From Asterias rubens (Eukaryota), in contig NC_047071.1 in NCBI RefSeq assembly GCF_902459465.1, positions 19,096,001 through 19,160,000 of the forward strand: a DNA stretch of 64,000 nt, in the 5' to 3' direction. Position 1 is the first letter of the stretch, and every line of letters starts with the position of its first letter. Below, piece after piece: positions 26,501-37,724 of the stretch. A program made the translations under genes and the position numbers. The notes under the pieces are model-generated. The model ran no database searches, was not told the DNA's origin, and worked only from the letters and a program-made list of their open reading frames with translations.

Positions 26501-29500
26501 GCGTCGGCTTCCTCTTTAAACTGCTTAACGTATTAAACAAAAATGCCCTCGCGACCATCGTGCGTCCGCGAATCAGCTAGTCTGTACATAGCCCTGGCGG
26601 CCTTACACTTTCGTATTGTACTACAGTGACGTCCTGAACATCATGGTACCTTTCTGGGGCGGAACATTCGCAGCTTCATAACTCAAATCTTACCTGCAAC
26701 AAGCCACTAATTTCAACAGATTCACACTCCATGGCAGCAAATGTTTTTCTGCGGTGGGTTTTGATCGTCATATTATGTTCTTCACAAATCCGTCATTTTC
26801 ATGAAATAATGCAGCTCCCAACGTTAAGAAATTCAAATTTTTGTTCGTACTCTAACAGTCTGCCGTGTGTACGCAAGACGCACGACGCGCAAATACTGTG
26901 ACATTGTGAGAAAACGATCAAAACGGGAACTTTTTAACGTTGGGAGCTGCATTATTTCACGAAAATGACGGATTTGTGAGGAATATATGAGGACCAAAAC
27001 CCACCGCAGAAAAATGTATGCCGCCACAGAATGTGATTCTGTTGAAATTAGTGGCTTGTTGCAGGTAAGATTTGAGTTATGAAGCTTTGAAAATTTTCCG
27101 CCCCATAAAAGGGCCTTAATAGTTAGGACTCTGTATCTGTGCATAGATGAAGAGTCCTATATAGGGCTAGTCTGTACACAGATACACAGTCTTAACTATT
27201 AAGGCCCGTTTCTGGGGCGGAAGTTTTCAAAGCTTCATAACTCAAATCTTACCTGCAACAAGCCACTAATTTCAACAGATTCACATTCCATGGCGGCATA
27301 CATTTATCTGCGGTGGGTTTTGGTAGTCATATATTTTTCACAAATCCGTCATTTTCGTGAAATAATGCAGCTCCATACGTTAAAAAATTCCCGTTTTGAT
27401 CGTTTTCTCACAGAGTGTTGTCTGCTCTCCGTGCGCGTAGGCGTATACATTCGCGTGCAAGAAGACGCAAGTTGCAAGACGCATGAATTCTTGGGTCACC
27501 GTATCTTGACTGCATGCACAGCGTTAACACGCAAACGCAACGCAAGATTGGCGCGTCGTGCGTCTTGCGTCTTGCGTACACACGGCAGACTGTGAGAATA
27601 CAAACAAAAATGGGAACTACTTAACGTTGGGAGCTGCATTCTTTCATGAAAATGACGGATTTGTGAAGAATAATTATATGACGACCAAAACCCACCGCAG
27701 AAAAATATATGCTGCCATGGAATGTGAATCTGTTGAAATTAGTGGTTTCTTGCACGGGTAAGATTTGAGTTATGAAGCTTTGAAAACTTTTCTCCCAAGA
27801 AATGGTATACAAATATTGAGTGGCTCAGAGTGGGAATGGGAGGAATATTATCGCAAGGTAAAATTTGGACTGTTCCATTTCACGAGGCGAAGCCGAGTGA
27901 AATGGAACAGGCCAAATTTTACCGAGCGATAATATTCCTTCCATTCCACGAATTAAACCCACTCAATATTTGTTTTATGTAACTGACATATAGATCCTTG
28001 TAATTTTAATGTATTTTAAAAGTATGACATTGTGAAAAATCACACAAAAATTTCTGACAACCAAACATCATATAGCGGCCGCGTAGCGGCAACAACGTAC
28101 AAATCGGATCACAACCTTTTGCACAGGTGCTCCTTTGTTTTGGCAGCGGCGCGGCGGCGCTGTACTGCTCAAAAACATTGGGAAAGGATGATCCTAACTG
28201 TTTAATGGGAAATGCTATTCCCCATGGGCGAATAGGTGTTTTTGATCGCCGGTGCGGATAGGAGTTAGTGAATGTCACGTGAATAAAGTTCCACCAATCA
28301 AATGACAAGGATCTGTATGTCAAATTATAAACCCTGATATCCAGGACGTCACTGTAGTATACGTAAGTGTAAAGCCGCAAGGGCTACGAGTCAGCCAGCT
28401 TTTAATTTAGTAGTTTCCCAATCGGGCGTAGATTTTAATAGGTACGGAGCTCCAGGAGTGCCATCTCACATATCGAGTTACCGACATAATGTATCGCATC
28501 AAGACGACTTATTTAATTTAGTGTAATAATGTAACTTACCGACATACTTATCTTGCTGAGTCGACTTAGATAAATGATAAATCGACTTACTGGCATCATT
28601 CATCTCAACAAGTCGACTTAGATAAAATGATAAGTCAACTTACTGACATAGGCCTAATCCGTATCTCAACAAATCCACTTGGGTCGACTAATACTGACAA
28701 AATTGATCTCACCAAGTCGACACACAGAAACTGAGAAGTTGACTTTATACACACTATCCGCACCTCGTCCAACTCTGATTGTATAAGTCAATTCAGGCAT
28801 CTTCTTCAATTTCATTTTATGTAACAAGCAAACTTATTAATTTACTGATTTTGTTTAAAAAGGTTTAATGGCTGTTAGCAAACTGCATGAAGTACGTGTA
28901 AAATATTGTTACTGGCCTCACGTTTTGACCATAGCTACGTGATAAGAATGATAAAGGATAAAAGTTGGTTTTCGGCATAACTATTCATCAAACTATAAGT
29001 CTTTACACAAATAAAACATTCACAAGAAAATTAATGGAAGGTAGCAGACAGCACACAATGGAACCGAGTTTGATAGTGACAATACCAAAAGTGCAACCAT
29101 CAGTCGTTGAACTAATTCTACCTCCATGATTATACTATACGCCGATGGTTATCAAAAGGATACCATTTTATTGCCGCCAAAACCAACCACTCAACGGACC
29201 GGAATCTATGCGCAGATGAAATATTCAAAAGAATATCCATATATTCCCCCCTCGGCTGTACAAAACAGGAAATTCCACCGAGTCTCAAGAATGAAATAAT
29301 AAATCATGCATTCAGTTCGAAAGGATAAAAGTTTGTTTTCGCCATAACTATTCATCAAACTATAAGTCTTTACACAAATAAAACATTCACAAGAAATTTG
29401 TTGTATGGGAGGTAGCAGACAGTACACAATGGAACCGAGTTTATAAATAGTGACAATACCAAAAGTGCAACCATCAGCCGTTGATGTAATACATTACACT

Positions 29501-32500
29501 ATCCGCTGATGGTAATCAAAAGGATTTTATTGTCACCAAACGAACAACTTATATACAACGGACCGGAATCTATGCAGAGACAAATGTTCAAAAGAATATC
29601 CATACATTTTCCCCTCGGCTGTACAAAACAGGAAATTCCACCACGTCTCAAGGGATAATAAATCCAACCAATTACTACGTCTCAAGGGATAATAAATCCA
29701 ACCAATTATATTAAACGGACCGGAATCTATGTACAGATAAAATATTCAAAAGAATGTGCAAACATTCACCCCCCCCCCCCCCCACACCCCCTCGGGTGTT
29801 CAAAACGGCATGGACCACATTACAGCGCGCAACAATTGTATACTGGATTTTCATATTTCAAAGGGCAAGGGTATTTACGATTTGCAAAGGGCACTTCCAT
29901 TGGAAAGTCTAGGGGAAACTTTTTTTGGAAGGGGCACCAACTCAAAGACCAGGGGCAACATGGGCAGTGATGGAGAACGTCCAGGCTGGTAGTCCAGGAG
30001 CTTATGGTGATCCGTAGAAAATAAATGATTAGAAGATGCCACCTAGCTAGATACCTTCTTTAGGTCATACAAAATAAGAAAATACATGTTGGCAAACTTG
30101 AAAATCTGGCAGATGGCGGCCATCTTGGATTTCAAAAGGGCAACTATTTAAGTTGTATTTTTCCTTCAACTTTGGCTGTGAATGTCATAAAACGGTGATT
30201 TTTGTGGCTAGAATTACTTAAATAGCAGTAAAAGGTACAACTGAATTGTTTCAGATGGCGGCCATCTTAGAATTCAAAATGGCCGCCTTTTTATGTATTT
30301 GTTTCCATAACTTGGCAATGGCAATGTTGTTGTAATTTCCATAACTTGGCAATGGCAATGTTGTTGTAAAATCCTGTTTTTTTGGTGACTAAAGTAATAT
30401 TCGCAATGACTATCAAGCTATACAAGCTAGCATTCATATAATTAATATATATATAAGACCAATAGAAACAAATATTGAACCATTAAGTTAAGGCCGCCAT
30501 TTTGAATTTCAAAATTGCCGCCTGTCAAATGCATGTTTGCGCCTGTATCACGGTCTATGAGCCTCACAGAAACTTGGTGTTAGTGGCTATACCCATGTTT
30601 GCATGGTCAAAATATAACTTAAATGGCGTCCATTTTGAAATCCAAGATGGCCGCCCTCTGCCACATCTGTCAGGTTGCCAACATGGTTTTTCTTGTTCTT
30701 GAAAGTCTTATTTAGGTATCTAGCTAGGTGGCATGTTCTAATCATTTATTTTCTACATACGGGACTTAATTTTTGGTCATCAGCTCCCCGACTATGGCGT
30801 TTATTAATGTTTTGCGTTGTCAAAGAGAAGGTTTCAAACAGGAAATTCCACCACGCTGATATTCCACACTGAGAAAGAGTACAATCCCACATTTCAGAAG
30901 CACATCGTTCCCCCCAATGGACCGTTCCGGCTTTCCACTAAGCTCCGCCCACCGCACACGTGAGCAAGACACGTGTACGAACACTCCCAATGACATTCTG
31001 CACGATTCTGCCGCGCGGGCCAAACATACGCGCACGCATGACCGAGTTTGTCCGACCACAATCATTGCTGTGATTGGTCAAATGAGTGAACGCGCACAGT
31101 TTGATTGATAGGCCAAAACGGTCCATTGATGTTGCTAGCTCCACATACCTTATATGGATTTAGTTGGAGCGCCAGATTAGCGTCACTAGGTGACGAATTT
31201 GAGGCTATAATTTTGTTATTATAAGACGCCACTTTTTTTCTTTTTTTATATATAGATCGAGATTTGAAGACGACGATTCAGTGGCAGAATCTTGAATTGT
31301 TGACACGTTATGACAACAATGATATGGACGGACTCAAGAATCTCTTCACTGAGGATTGTAAAATTTGGGTAGGGGGATCAGATGATACACTCTACAAACA
31401 GGATGGTAATGGACACTACTGATGAATTTTTTTCCAGTTATGTAATTAAACAATTTCGGGGGGCTAGACTTGGTTACAAGACCTTGGCATGGGGTGGGTC
31501 AATTCAAACAACATAACTAATTATAACTATTGTTGGTAGTTCGCAACACTGAAGGGATCAATTCAAAATAACGTGCGTTACTGATCCTTGTTTTGCTTTC
31601 CGTTAAGGAGAATGGACGAGAAAGTGTAGATTCGTGAATAGAACATTTTTATAACTATTTTGCAAAAAAAAATTGTATACTTTAGTGCACGCATCATTAT
31701 CGAGTACAACGTCAGTTTACTCAGCTAGCAATAAATTGGGATTCTTAAGTTGAGAAAAAAAGTGTGGATTCTAAATAAAGAAATTAATTTTAAAATATAG
31801 ACTAGTAAAAGCTCGTTGAATCTCGTATATATCTTCTATGAATTATACAGATGTCCCCAGGTTGCTGCGTGCTGCGCGAGCAGGAGGTGCAAAGTACAAG
31901 CGCGAAACTGATGAAGTCGGACCACCAGGCACTGATGGCACGGTGTATGAGAGAGGACGTTTTTTAGCCATTGGACCGGATGGGTCATCGTCTGTATCTT
32001 CCGGCAAGTACGTCATCATGTCGTTTTTTTTTTCCAAAATCCCTTCCACTTTGGGCTTCGAGTTGACCCCATTTTATAAAATGTACCACCAGTACTTTAT
32101 AATTGCACAAATTCTCATACGAAGACTCTGACAAAATGTCAGAAACACAGTCTCGAAGACGCCTAACACAGACATGTTTCAACGTTTCGAGCATGTACGT
32201 AAAGCTAGCATGAATATCAGACAAACTAACTTCCGGGTGTAGGCCTATACAGCATAAAACTTTGTTGGGAGAAGTGCTGATTCTTGTGTCGCCTCGACGA
32301 TTCGAACCGCTCAAAAAATAATAGTGAGCGTTACAGCTGCTTTTCATCCGTTGTTGTACCGTTGCAGTACGAATAGGAATCACTGACTTTATATTATCAT
32401 TTTGAACTTTTACACTCCTTTTTAAAGGGTTTCTTGAAAATAATTATGTTATTTCAGGCGCCGCCCATCCCATAGGGGATGTAAACAAAAAAATGTTTCT

Positions 32501-32823
32501 TAGTAGTGCAGTTGCCACTTGCAGCCTGACAGATTCACGCCAAAATTCTCTAAAGATGCGTGGGTCGAAGCTAGCGATTAAAGTAACGAGAATCTTTGTT
32601 AATTAATGTTCTACTAACACACACGTGGTTTCACAGATGGAACTGAACAGATGCCAACTAACCCCCACCCCCCCCCCCTCCCACCACCACCAATAATTAT
32701 TCTTCATTTTCATTTCACAGCTATCTTAGCATCTGGAAAAAAATAAATGGAGAATACAAACTGCACCAGACGCACATTAAAGGACCACCTGACCTTGTCA
32801 GTCCGATGGAGTGTCATACTTAA
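23525..32823 (+). CDS. NTF2/SnoaL-like (DUF4440-type) small protein, copy 1; exons 23525-23531, 31256-31405, 31851-32007, 32721-32823 (138 aa)
   Basis: CACC-ATG GCC A|gtaagt micro-exon. Spliced protein: MANRDLKTTIQWQNLELLTRYDNNDMDGLKNLFTEDCKIWVGGSDDTLYKQDDVPRLLRAARAGGAKYKRETDEVGPPGTDGTVYERGRFLAIGPDGSSSVSSGNYLSIWKKINGEYKLHQTHIKGPPDLVSPMECHT. The DMDGL..LFTED, VYERG and Y..IWKK motifs are typical of SnoaL-like/DUF4440 proteins. Linking exon 1 across a 7.7-kb intron rests on its identity with exon 1 of copy 2. Confidence 0.75.
23569..24513. mobile_element. TA-flanked TIR element rich in internal AAAAGTGGCCA and AATCTGCTTTT repeats, in intron 1 of NTF2-like copy 1
   Basis: TA|TGGAGGACGAAAAGTGGCCA ... 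TGGCCACTTTTCGTCCCCCA|TA. Confidence 0.75.
25291..25400 (+). mobile_element. tRNA-derived SINE head (truncated)
   Basis: Pol III A box TAGCTCAGTTGG (25300-25311) and B box GGTTCAAGTCC (25329-25339), but no anticodon arm. Confidence 0.6.
26645..27808. repeat. ~1.2-kb imperfect palindrome built from four alternating copies of a ~200-bp arm (inverted dimer of a fold-back element)
   Basis: The arm GCTTCATAACTCAAATCTTACCTGCAACAAGCCACTAATTTCAACAGATTCAC...GCAGCTCC occurs at about 26650(+), 26930(-), 27200(+) and 27620(-); arm 1 pairs best with arm 4 and arm 2 with arm 3. Confidence 0.85.
27809..27973. mobile_element. Hairpin MITE centred on CGAGGCGAAGCCGAG
   Basis: ACAAATATTGAGTGG...CCACTCAATATTTGT arms; a related hairpin (CGAGGCGGAGCCGAG) lies at about 35830-35892. 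Confidence 0.7.
28470..28790. repeat. Degenerate short-period repeats of an AAGTCGACTTA motif
   Basis: At least 8 imperfect GTCGACTT/GTCAACTT cores occur in about 300 bp. Confidence 0.6.
28953..29750 (+). repeat. Degenerate ~370-bp tandem duplication (about 2.2 units)
   Basis: AAGGATAAAAGTT..TTTTCG.CATAACTATTCATCAAACTATAAGTCTTTACACAAATAAAACATTCACAAG occurs at about 28953 and 29322; AACGGACCGGAATCTATG occurs three times. Confidence 0.85.
30011..30762. mobile_element. Fold-back element with ~130-bp TIRs, rich in AAGATGGCGGC/AAATGGCCGCC motifs
   Basis: GTAGAAAATAAATGATTAGAAGATGCCACCTAGCTAGATACC is mirrored at 30715-30757; no clear TSD was found. Confidence 0.7.
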
Positions 32824-33123
32824 CGGACACTTGGATAATTAATAAGCAGTTCTTGTAAAGCGCATAATATTAAAAAAAGTCTCTACGTGATTAAAAATAT
32901 TGGTTTTTAAGTTTAGATTTAAATTGTTCTAGCGAAACCCATGAAACACAACGGAATGGTCCTTATTTAGGGCAACATTATTTTATAATCTTTAATCCTA
33001 GACAAAATTGAGTTTGCATTATAACGAACAAATTAGTACAAATCCAGTGCAACTCTTTTTATATAAAATAAACTGTCTGTGATCGTTGTGAAATGGGAAA
33101 TACTTGCGGATACTCACAACTAA

Positions 33124-33579
33124 ATACGCCTCTCTTAATATTTATGCATGACGTCAAAATTCTTACCCAAAATGAGGCTATGGGCGCACGTCCCCCATCA
33201 CTTGCAGTGGCTGCGCCCATCGCCTCGTTTTGGATTAGCATTGTGACGTACCTCATGCATAAATATTAAGAAAGGCGTATAGACCCTTCCCATGAAATAT
33301 GTAAGATGCACAAAGCGCGTGCGCACTAACATTTTGGTTGGCAAAATATAAGGAAACATCGCGCTGTTTTGTACCACAGAATTATTCTATATCTATGTTT
33401 TGTCGTAGAAATAGAATAGAATAATATTTAATTCTATATTTGTGTGTTTTGTACACGGCTAATGGCTGTGCTACACAGACGCGTGTGTGCGTCTGTTTAG
33501 TGCACAACTCTGGCGTTTGCAAACCAATAGGGTCTGTACGCATGCGTTAATGTAATTAGCATATTTCATAGGAAGGGTC
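33124..33579. mobile_element. Two abutting short TIR elements (33124-33280 and 33282-33579)
   Basis: TIRs ATACGCCTCTCTTAATATTTATGCATGA and GACCCTTCCCATGAAATATG, each mirrored at its far end. Confidence 0.65.
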
Positions 33580-34120
33580 CATTATCATTTGCGCGTTAAT
33601 TAAAGCTTATTTGTTTGCTCAATTAATTAAGTTTTTAGTTTCATCTATTTTTAAGAGCCCATTGACAACTATACCGCTGTTGTACTTGCTGGCAGAGTGT
33701 TTTCTTGTACACTCTTAACCAAATCTTTGACCGCTGTTGATTGACACTAAGACAATTACATCGTAGGCCTGCATGTACTTGCCATCATGGCATTGTGTTA
33801 AAAAAGAACTTCTTTAAACAAATTTAATTCCACTCGATGCCACATAAACTGTTTATGTTCGATCACGATGCACTTCCAATGAGCGAGTCTTGCAAAGATA
33901 AAACCATTCAAGAACAGATTAATGCCTCCAAGCACATAAAATATTCGTTGCGAGGCACTGGTATATTGGTCTCAAACATTTCAACCACGTAAATTTGGGG
34001 CAATCTTTAGTCATCAGGTACCCTTTTTTCAAGAGAAAATAAGTAAAAAGAGAACCAACATTAAACATACAATGATGACGATAACCACCAAAAAGTGTGA
34101 CATGAGAACCAACAGATTAA

Positions 34121-34361
34121 AGGCACTAGCTGTACACGTTTGGTAATTAAGACCAGTATCCCATAAGCATACAATAACAATCCTGTGAACATTTGGGTTC
34201 AATATTGGTCATCGAAATTACCTCTTTCTCAAAAACTACGTTACTTCAGAGGGAGTCGTTTCCCAAAATGTTTATACTATCAACAGCTCTCCAATGCTCG
34301 TTACCAAGTCAGTTTTAAGTTAATATTTGCCTTAGGTAATTACCAAACGTGTACCTTCCCT
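34121..34361. mobile_element. Degenerate, internally deleted family A-related MITE
   Basis: TTAA|AGGCACTAGCTGTACACGTTTGGTAATT ... AATTACCAAACGTGTACCTTCCCT|TTAA. Confidence 0.65.
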
Positions 34362-34837
34362 TTAACGTGACTCTGGGAACCCAATCATGTTAACTATGAT
34401 AAGCATATCGACCCGACACCTTTCATTTTTGAGAGTGCCCAATTGGAGTGTGTTTGCCTTTTCACTGATAACAATTTGACGAACCTCTATAACAGTAATA
34501 TATGCAAATATATTCAAACAAAAAAAGGTGTTATAAGAAGTCTGATTATCTATATTGTAATGCTCAATAAATATTAATGTTTGACTAGTCGATGGTTATT
34601 CCTGTCCGTTTTTGAGTCACTCAAATGTCTTGAAAAAGCCTTAAACAATGCTGTAACCTCATAATATAGAGGGTATCTTGGTTTGAAGAAAGAACTCTGT
34701 TTGTAGGGCCTAACTAATGTTTTGTTGTATGTTTGTGGGTACTATTGGGCGAGAGTTGGGCGAAGTGGCGCGTACCCATTTGCTTGTTTCTAATGACTTC
34801 ATCGATTAAGGCCTGTGCCATATTTCGGGGAGAACAC

Positions 34838-35064
34838 TAGACTTGACTCAAGTCCTAATCCCGTGCCATCCCCAGAAAACTACTGTTTTGTGATGCTCTT
34901 CGTTCCCAAACCTGTTCCGCACGCGGGACAGGCATTCTCGGGACCACATTTTGACGGCGAGCGCGCAGCACTGTATACTGTGTATGCTACGGGTTGTTTG
35001 ATAGTAAGTTGGCGTGATATGCTTAAGGGCCTCTCACACGAGAATGGGACTTGAATCAAGTCTA
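34838..35064. mobile_element. TAG...CTA MITE with a perfect 9-bp TSD (AcademH- or MULE-type)
   Basis: TIR TAGACTTGACTCAAGTCC; GGAGAACAC is duplicated at 34829-34837 and 35065-35073; same TIR family as 49011-49124. Confidence 0.85.
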
Positions 35065-35341
35065 GGAGAACACCGGTCATGTTTAAACACGGGTGAAAAA
35101 TTATTTCCTGTAATTAAAATTCGAAGTAAACATTGTTCCATAGAGTACACTGTAAAGTTCGCGTTTGTAAAAGGGACTGGACACTCCCCAGCCATTTCCA
35201 GACACTGTGGCCCTTTTGAAACCACGGCTTCGGCTTTGGATTTGGCTCAGGCTACGTTCTCTTGTCTGAAACCCTGAGCGCGTAATAGGCAAAGCACGCG
35301 CAAATTTTCAAAACAACCACAGTGCCAAGCTAGCCTAAGCC

Positions 35342-36592
35342 TAGCCCACCTTATTGAGCTGTTAATGGCTCCGCTTTTAACATCGGTCTCATCACTGTCA
35401 CCATTACAGCCCACCTTCGATACATGTCTTAAACGCTAAGTTTTCAAAGGTCGCAAAATGCGTGGTAGTTTGTGTAAATTTCTCCCATTTAAAAAAGTCC
35501 TATACTACTCCAACATACCTCATTTTATTCCTTACATTTGTGGAATTAATATGACGCATGTCAGGGCTAACTAAATGATGACTTTGTCCAGATGTGATGA
35601 TTTGAAAATTGGTCCAAAAAATCGTGTACAAAAATTACATTTAACGTGACATGTGCTTGGGCGCCGCCATGTTTTAATGATTCTCCTCCTGTTGATCGTG
35701 GGCGCCCGGCAAATCTTGCAAGTCATGAATATCCATAAGGTGACGTCATGATCGCTAGGCTTATGTGCGTGTTCAGTAATATACACATAATGAATGTTTA
35801 TGAGTGCAATGGTGCGAATATGTACATGAGTTGAAAGATGGAATGTTCTATTCAACGAGGCGGAGCCGAGTTGAATAGAACATTCCAGCTTTTAGAGACC
35901 AGCTTTTAGAGACCTTTTCTATTACAATGTCACAGCCCAAGTTTTTGCCAAACGAGGTTTGGGAAACTGTGGAAAGCCATAAATGCAAAACTACGACCGC
36001 TAGCTACAGTTTGTAACAATGCTACACCAAATATAAAACTGAATAATGTATAAGGTGACGTAGCGATGCGCTGTATCTGGAAACTACCACCGCGCAGTGT
36101 CACCTCATACATATTCATATTTACTTTGTACACCACACAAATTGATAAATTAGCGTAGCCATACCGCGTCACGTGACATTACCTCTTGGATATTCATGAC
36201 TTGTAAGATTTGCCTGGTGCCCTGACTTCTCACGTCCAACAAGAGGAGCATCATTAAAACATGGCGGCGCCCAAGAACATGTCACGATAAATGTAATTTT
36301 TGCACACGATTTTTTGAACCAATTTTCAAATCGTCACATCTGGACAAAGTCATCATTTAGTAAGCCCTGTTATGTGTCATAGTAATTCCACAAAATGTAA
36401 GGAATAAAATGAGGTATGTTGGAGTAGTAAAGGACTTTTTTAAATGGGAGAAATTTGCAATGAAACTACCACGCATTTTGCGACCTTTGAAAACTTAGCG
36501 TTTGAGACATGTATCGAAGGTGGGCTGTAATGGTGACAGTGATGAGACCGATGTTAAAAGCGGAGCCATTAACAGCTCAACAAGGTGGGCTA
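35342..36592. mobile_element. 1.25-kb fold-back element with ~430-bp TIRs, TAG...CTA termini and a perfect 9-bp TSD
   Basis: TAGCCCACCTT...AAGGTGGGCTA; GCCTAAGCC occurs at 35333-35341 and 36593-36601; the empty site is seen in the paralogous sequence at about 23270-23300. Confidence 0.92.
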
Positions 36593-36709
36593 GCCTAAGC
36601 CGAATCTGGAGCCGAAGCCGTTGATTCGAAAAGGGCGTATGTCAGTGCTCACTAGAACCACCTCGTGCACGTGTAGACCGCACAGCCGTCCCGCATTGGG
36701 ACGCGCACA

Positions 36710-37423
36710 TAGTCTTGCCCCAAGATTGCTCGATATTGGATAGTGTACTGCGTTCAGTTCTGACTCGCTAAAGCGCGCCCTCCTTTGACTGGTTTGTGGG
36801 GCAAGACCATAGAGCTATAGACCTTTCTTTTGTTGATAAACAAACCGCCTTGGTTGGCATGGTCGGCCGAATGTTAGTAAAACACTCAATCGTAAAAACA
36901 GATGTTTCCACAAAATTCAACATTTTCTGCAAATTTTCATATAAATAAAATACCTCTCATGATAAGTTGCTTTGTTTTAAACAACATCAATTGAAACACT
37001 GTTACCAAAAATAGCGATCTATTCTTGATTTGCACTTTCTATAGTTTTCCAATCTGGGTTGGCACAAACTCGGGCTGTGACGTTGCAAAAGAAAGGTCTA
37101 TAGCTATAGCTCTATGGGCAAGACTAGACTCCGGCGTAGTCTAGCTCGCTAGACTACGCCGGAGACTAGTCTTGCCCCACGAACCAGTCGATGGAGGGCG
37201 CGCTTTAGCGAGTTACAAAGACCTTTTCGCAAATACCGGGGCGCGCGCGTAAAGCTTGGAATTAGGTGCATTGTGGTCTAGCTGGTGTCCAAATTTGATC
37301 CATATATATCCCACAATGCACCTCATTCAACAGTCTGCGCTTGCGCATTGGTATTTGCGATAAGGTCTAGCTTAGCGCAGTACACTATCCAATATCGAGC
37401 AATATCGTCTCGGGGAAAGACTA
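36710..37423. mobile_element. Composite TAG...CTA fold-back element (degenerate 9-bp TSD) containing a nested insertion
   Basis: TIR TAGTCTTGCCCC..GATTGCTCGATATTGGATAGTGTACTGCG; flanks ACGCGCACA and ATGCACACA (7/9); internal mirrored arms at 36763-36807 and 37169-37213. Confidence 0.7.
36808..37116. mobile_element. Nested CATAGAG...CTCTATG element with an 8-bp TSD (P- or hAT-type MITE)
   Basis: TIR CATAGAGCTATAG..ACCTTTCTTTTG; GGCAAGAC is duplicated at 36800-36807 and 37117-37124. Confidence 0.85.
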
Positions 37424-37724
37424 ATGCACACACAGCTCAGATTTATGCTCGATGGTGGTTTATTTTAAAGCCACGGACAAAGTAGCACTAGAGCTTGGTT
37501 AAAAAGAATTTGCCGAATTTGACCCTGCTATTTGAACTATCCCCTCTTTTATTATAAAAGGGCCATGCACAATCCTGCCAGCCTTTAAACACATGACGTG
37601 TAATGTTCCCAGTGTCACGTATCGTACAATCACACACACCAACAGACCCAGCTCTAAAATAGCCGTCGCAGAACAGCAAGAACTCTCCACACACAGCTCT
37701 TTGTAACAAACAACCTGCCACACC

